A stretch of 64,000 nt of DNA from Candidatus Babelota bacterium (GTDB lineage Bacteria; Babelota; Babeliae; Babelales; Vermiphilaceae), in NCBI GenBank assembly GCA_004375875.1, contig SOKE01000016.1, positions 4,423 to 68,422 of the forward strand, given 5' to 3'. Positions 62,614 through 64,000 of this stretch are shown in pieces (position 1 is the first letter of the stretch; the number at the start of each line of letters is the position of its first letter). Made by a program: the position numbers and the translations under genes. The notes beneath the pieces were generated by a model. The model worked only from the letters and a program-made list of their open reading frames with translations. It was not told the DNA's origin and did no database searches.

Positions 62614-62641
62614 AAAAAAGAGCTACCATATGGGTAGCTCT
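62614..62641 (-). terminator. Rho-independent terminator downstream of the 62690..63547 gene
   Basis: On the minus strand: AGAGCTACC, a 5-nt loop, GGTAGCTCT (9-bp stem), then TTTTTT. It lies ~49 nt after the stop. Confidence 0.65.
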
Positions 62642-62689
62642 TCTCTCTTGCTTTTTTTACTAATTCGAAGCTTTAATAGGATCTAAACT

Positions 62690-63547
62690 TTATGGTACAT
62701 TGTATACCTGATAGTAAATTGCTTTCAACCATTCAATAACTGAGTAAGTAGCATCATTCGTCTCTTGTGTATTAGACGGAAGTAAGTCAAAAGCTAGAGT
62801 ATCCCATGGTTCACCAATTTTTGATTCAATTCGATCTACTTCAGATTCTATTACATCTATCTTCGATTCAATTGTACTTAAATCGCAAACAACTGTAAGA
62901 TTGTCTATCTTAGATTCTATTGTTATCTCTCTCCAAATAACTTCGTCTATCTTTGAATCAATTGTTAAAATCTCTTCATTCTGGGCAAAGACTTTGCTTT
63001 CTATTGTCCCTACAATTTCTATAACTTCATCTACCTTCGATTCAATTGTACTTAAATCGCAGGAAATTGTGAGATTGTCTATCTTAGATTCTATTGTTTC
63101 TACCGTCTCTATTATATCATCTACCTTCGATTCAATTGTACTTAAATCACAGACAACACTTAAATCGCAGGAAATTGTAAGATTGTCTAGTTTTGAATCC
63201 ATCGTCTCCAGCAATGACTTGATGAGGCAAACAATACAACGAATTTGCTCTAACAAGACGGAATTAATAGACGAAGAAGGAGGAGGAACCGGATTCGTTT
63301 GATTTCCATAAGAAGGAGAATCTGGACGTGACGCACGCATTGCATCGTCCTCTAGCATGTTTTCAAGCAGGTGTTTAATTCCTTCCAACTGCTTTAAAAA
63401 CTGTACTTTTTCACCATAAGCCAAATTTTCAATCCTAAAACTGCATGTTTCGATCTGACTTTCCTCAAGCACAGTTACAGTGCTCAGAAAAAACAGACCT
63501 GCAATCATTCCTGATTTTACCCATTTTCTCGAAAATATAGCTCTCAT
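62690..63547 (-). CDS. Secreted repeat protein with about nine (T)IESK(I/V)D units
   Basis: Signal/anchor KSGMIAGLFFLSTVTVL and a Pro/Ser linker. Residues 117-245 are built from IESKIDNLTISCDLST-type units. Confidence 0.5.
   Translation of the reverse strand: MRAIFSRKWVKSGMIAGLFFLSTVTVLEESQIETCSFRIENLAYGEKVQFLKQLEGIKHLLENMLEDDAMRASRPDSPSYGNQTNPVPPPSSSINSVLLEQIRCIVCLIKSLLETMDSKLDNLTISCDLSVVCDLSTIESKVDDIIETVETIESKIDNLTISCDLSTIESKVDEVIEIVGTIESKVFAQNEEILTIDSKIDEVIWREITIESKIDNLTVVCDLSTIESKIDVIESEVDRIESKIGEPWDTLAFDLLPSNTQETNDATYSVIEWLKAIYYQVYNVP
62813..63199 (-). repeat. Intragenic imperfect tandem repeats (~45-90 nt units) encoding the IESKID array
   Basis: Near-identical stretches (ctaccttcgattcaattgtacttaaatc[ga]ca...attgt[ag]agattgtcta) recur at ~62860, ~63035 and ~63120. 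Confidence 0.8.
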
Positions 63548-63588
63548 ACCTTCTTCTCCTTTTTATATAGGATTTACATCACATTACC

Positions 63589-64000
63589 TTAGAAATAAAT
63601 CGACACACCAATATGCAATTCAGTTTCCTTCAATGCATTTCTTCCTGCAAAAATCCAAGAACCACCACCAAAGAATTCACAATACCCAAGACGATTAAAT
63701 ATCTCACCACGAATTTTATGGGTCATCGTATTTGTATTACATTCCAAAATACAGTTGTCAAGCTGGGCAATATTATCGAAGAAATCTTTTGCCATTGGAG
63801 TTAAACAAACTCGATCATTTCTCTTTGCATACAGTTCATAGCCAACTGTGAAACCAAGGTTTGGATTATCTGGATGATACAACCCCAAATCAATATTACC
63901 GAGAAAATAATCCCATTTTACATCTGCTTGAATTGGAGGGCCAACTGGAATATTTCTAATAGTTGCACATTTAAACGATGGAGCACGGCATTCTTCTGCT
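63589..64000 (-). CDS. Putative outer-membrane beta-barrel protein, C-terminal part (5' end outside the window)
   Basis: The frame is open from 64000 down to the stop at 63589. The sequence has an alternating hydrophobic pattern and a terminal aromatic residue (...ETELHIGVSIYF), as in OMP C-terminal signatures. The track start at 63888 is only an internal TTG. Confidence 0.4.
   Translation of the reverse strand, partial: AEECRAPSFKCATIRNIPVGPPIQADVKWDYFLGNIDLGLYHPDNPNLGFTVGYELYAKRNDRVCLTPMAKDFFDNIAQLDNCILECNTNTMTHKIRGEIFNRLGYCEFFGGGSWIFAGRNALKETELHIGVSIYF

Noticed and set aside
62813-63199. CRISPR-like array suggested by recurring ~30-nt identical stretches
   Set aside because: The repeats are in frame inside a continuous ORF, and the 'spacers' are themselves related repeat units. 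There is no leader and no cas genes. This is a coding tandem repeat.

Overview
AT-rich, gene-dense bacterial chromosomal segment (roughly 90% coding) read with the standard genetic code. I count about 60 protein genes and 8 tRNAs, and see no rRNA, CRISPR array, transposase, integrase or prophage. The conserved core is the tRNA(Tyr-Gly-Thr-Thr)-rpmG-tRNA(Trp)-secE-nusG-rplKAJL-rpoBC-tRNA(Val) block, followed by rpsO-pnp-rph. Also present are trpS, asnS, metG, topA, uvrD/pcrA, dcd-thyX, sufC-sufB-(asnS)-sufS, hup, lepB, a cdaA-like/ybbR/glmM operon, a split pilB-type ATPase, and a translationally coupled plsC-batABCDE cluster. Nearly every gene from about 18.9 to 57.9 kb is on the minus strand. 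The accessory content is dominated by eukaryote-like or host-interaction style proteins. These are two TPR/GT9-like glycosyltransferase paralogs linked to a repeated helical module, a secreted MYND zinc-finger protein, an ankyrin plus RING-like protein, a large Sel1-like repeat protein, an LRR protein, and several tandem paralog pairs and repeat proteins. This suggests a host-associated, possibly amoeba-associated, Dependentiae/TM6-like lineage; that placement is inference only. The observations most worth a second look are: (1) an in-frame TAG replacing a universally conserved Leu codon in rpoC; (2) a 62-residue cysteine-rich insertion in RpoB; (3) a CdaA homolog in canonical cdaA-cdaR-glmM synteny with altered catalytic motifs; (4) the rpoC stop codon lying inside tRNA-Val; (5) the GT9/TPR and helical-module cluster. 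CDS coordinates come from the supplied ORF track, sometimes with a revised start. Hand-derived RNA and signal coordinates may be off by 1-2 nt.
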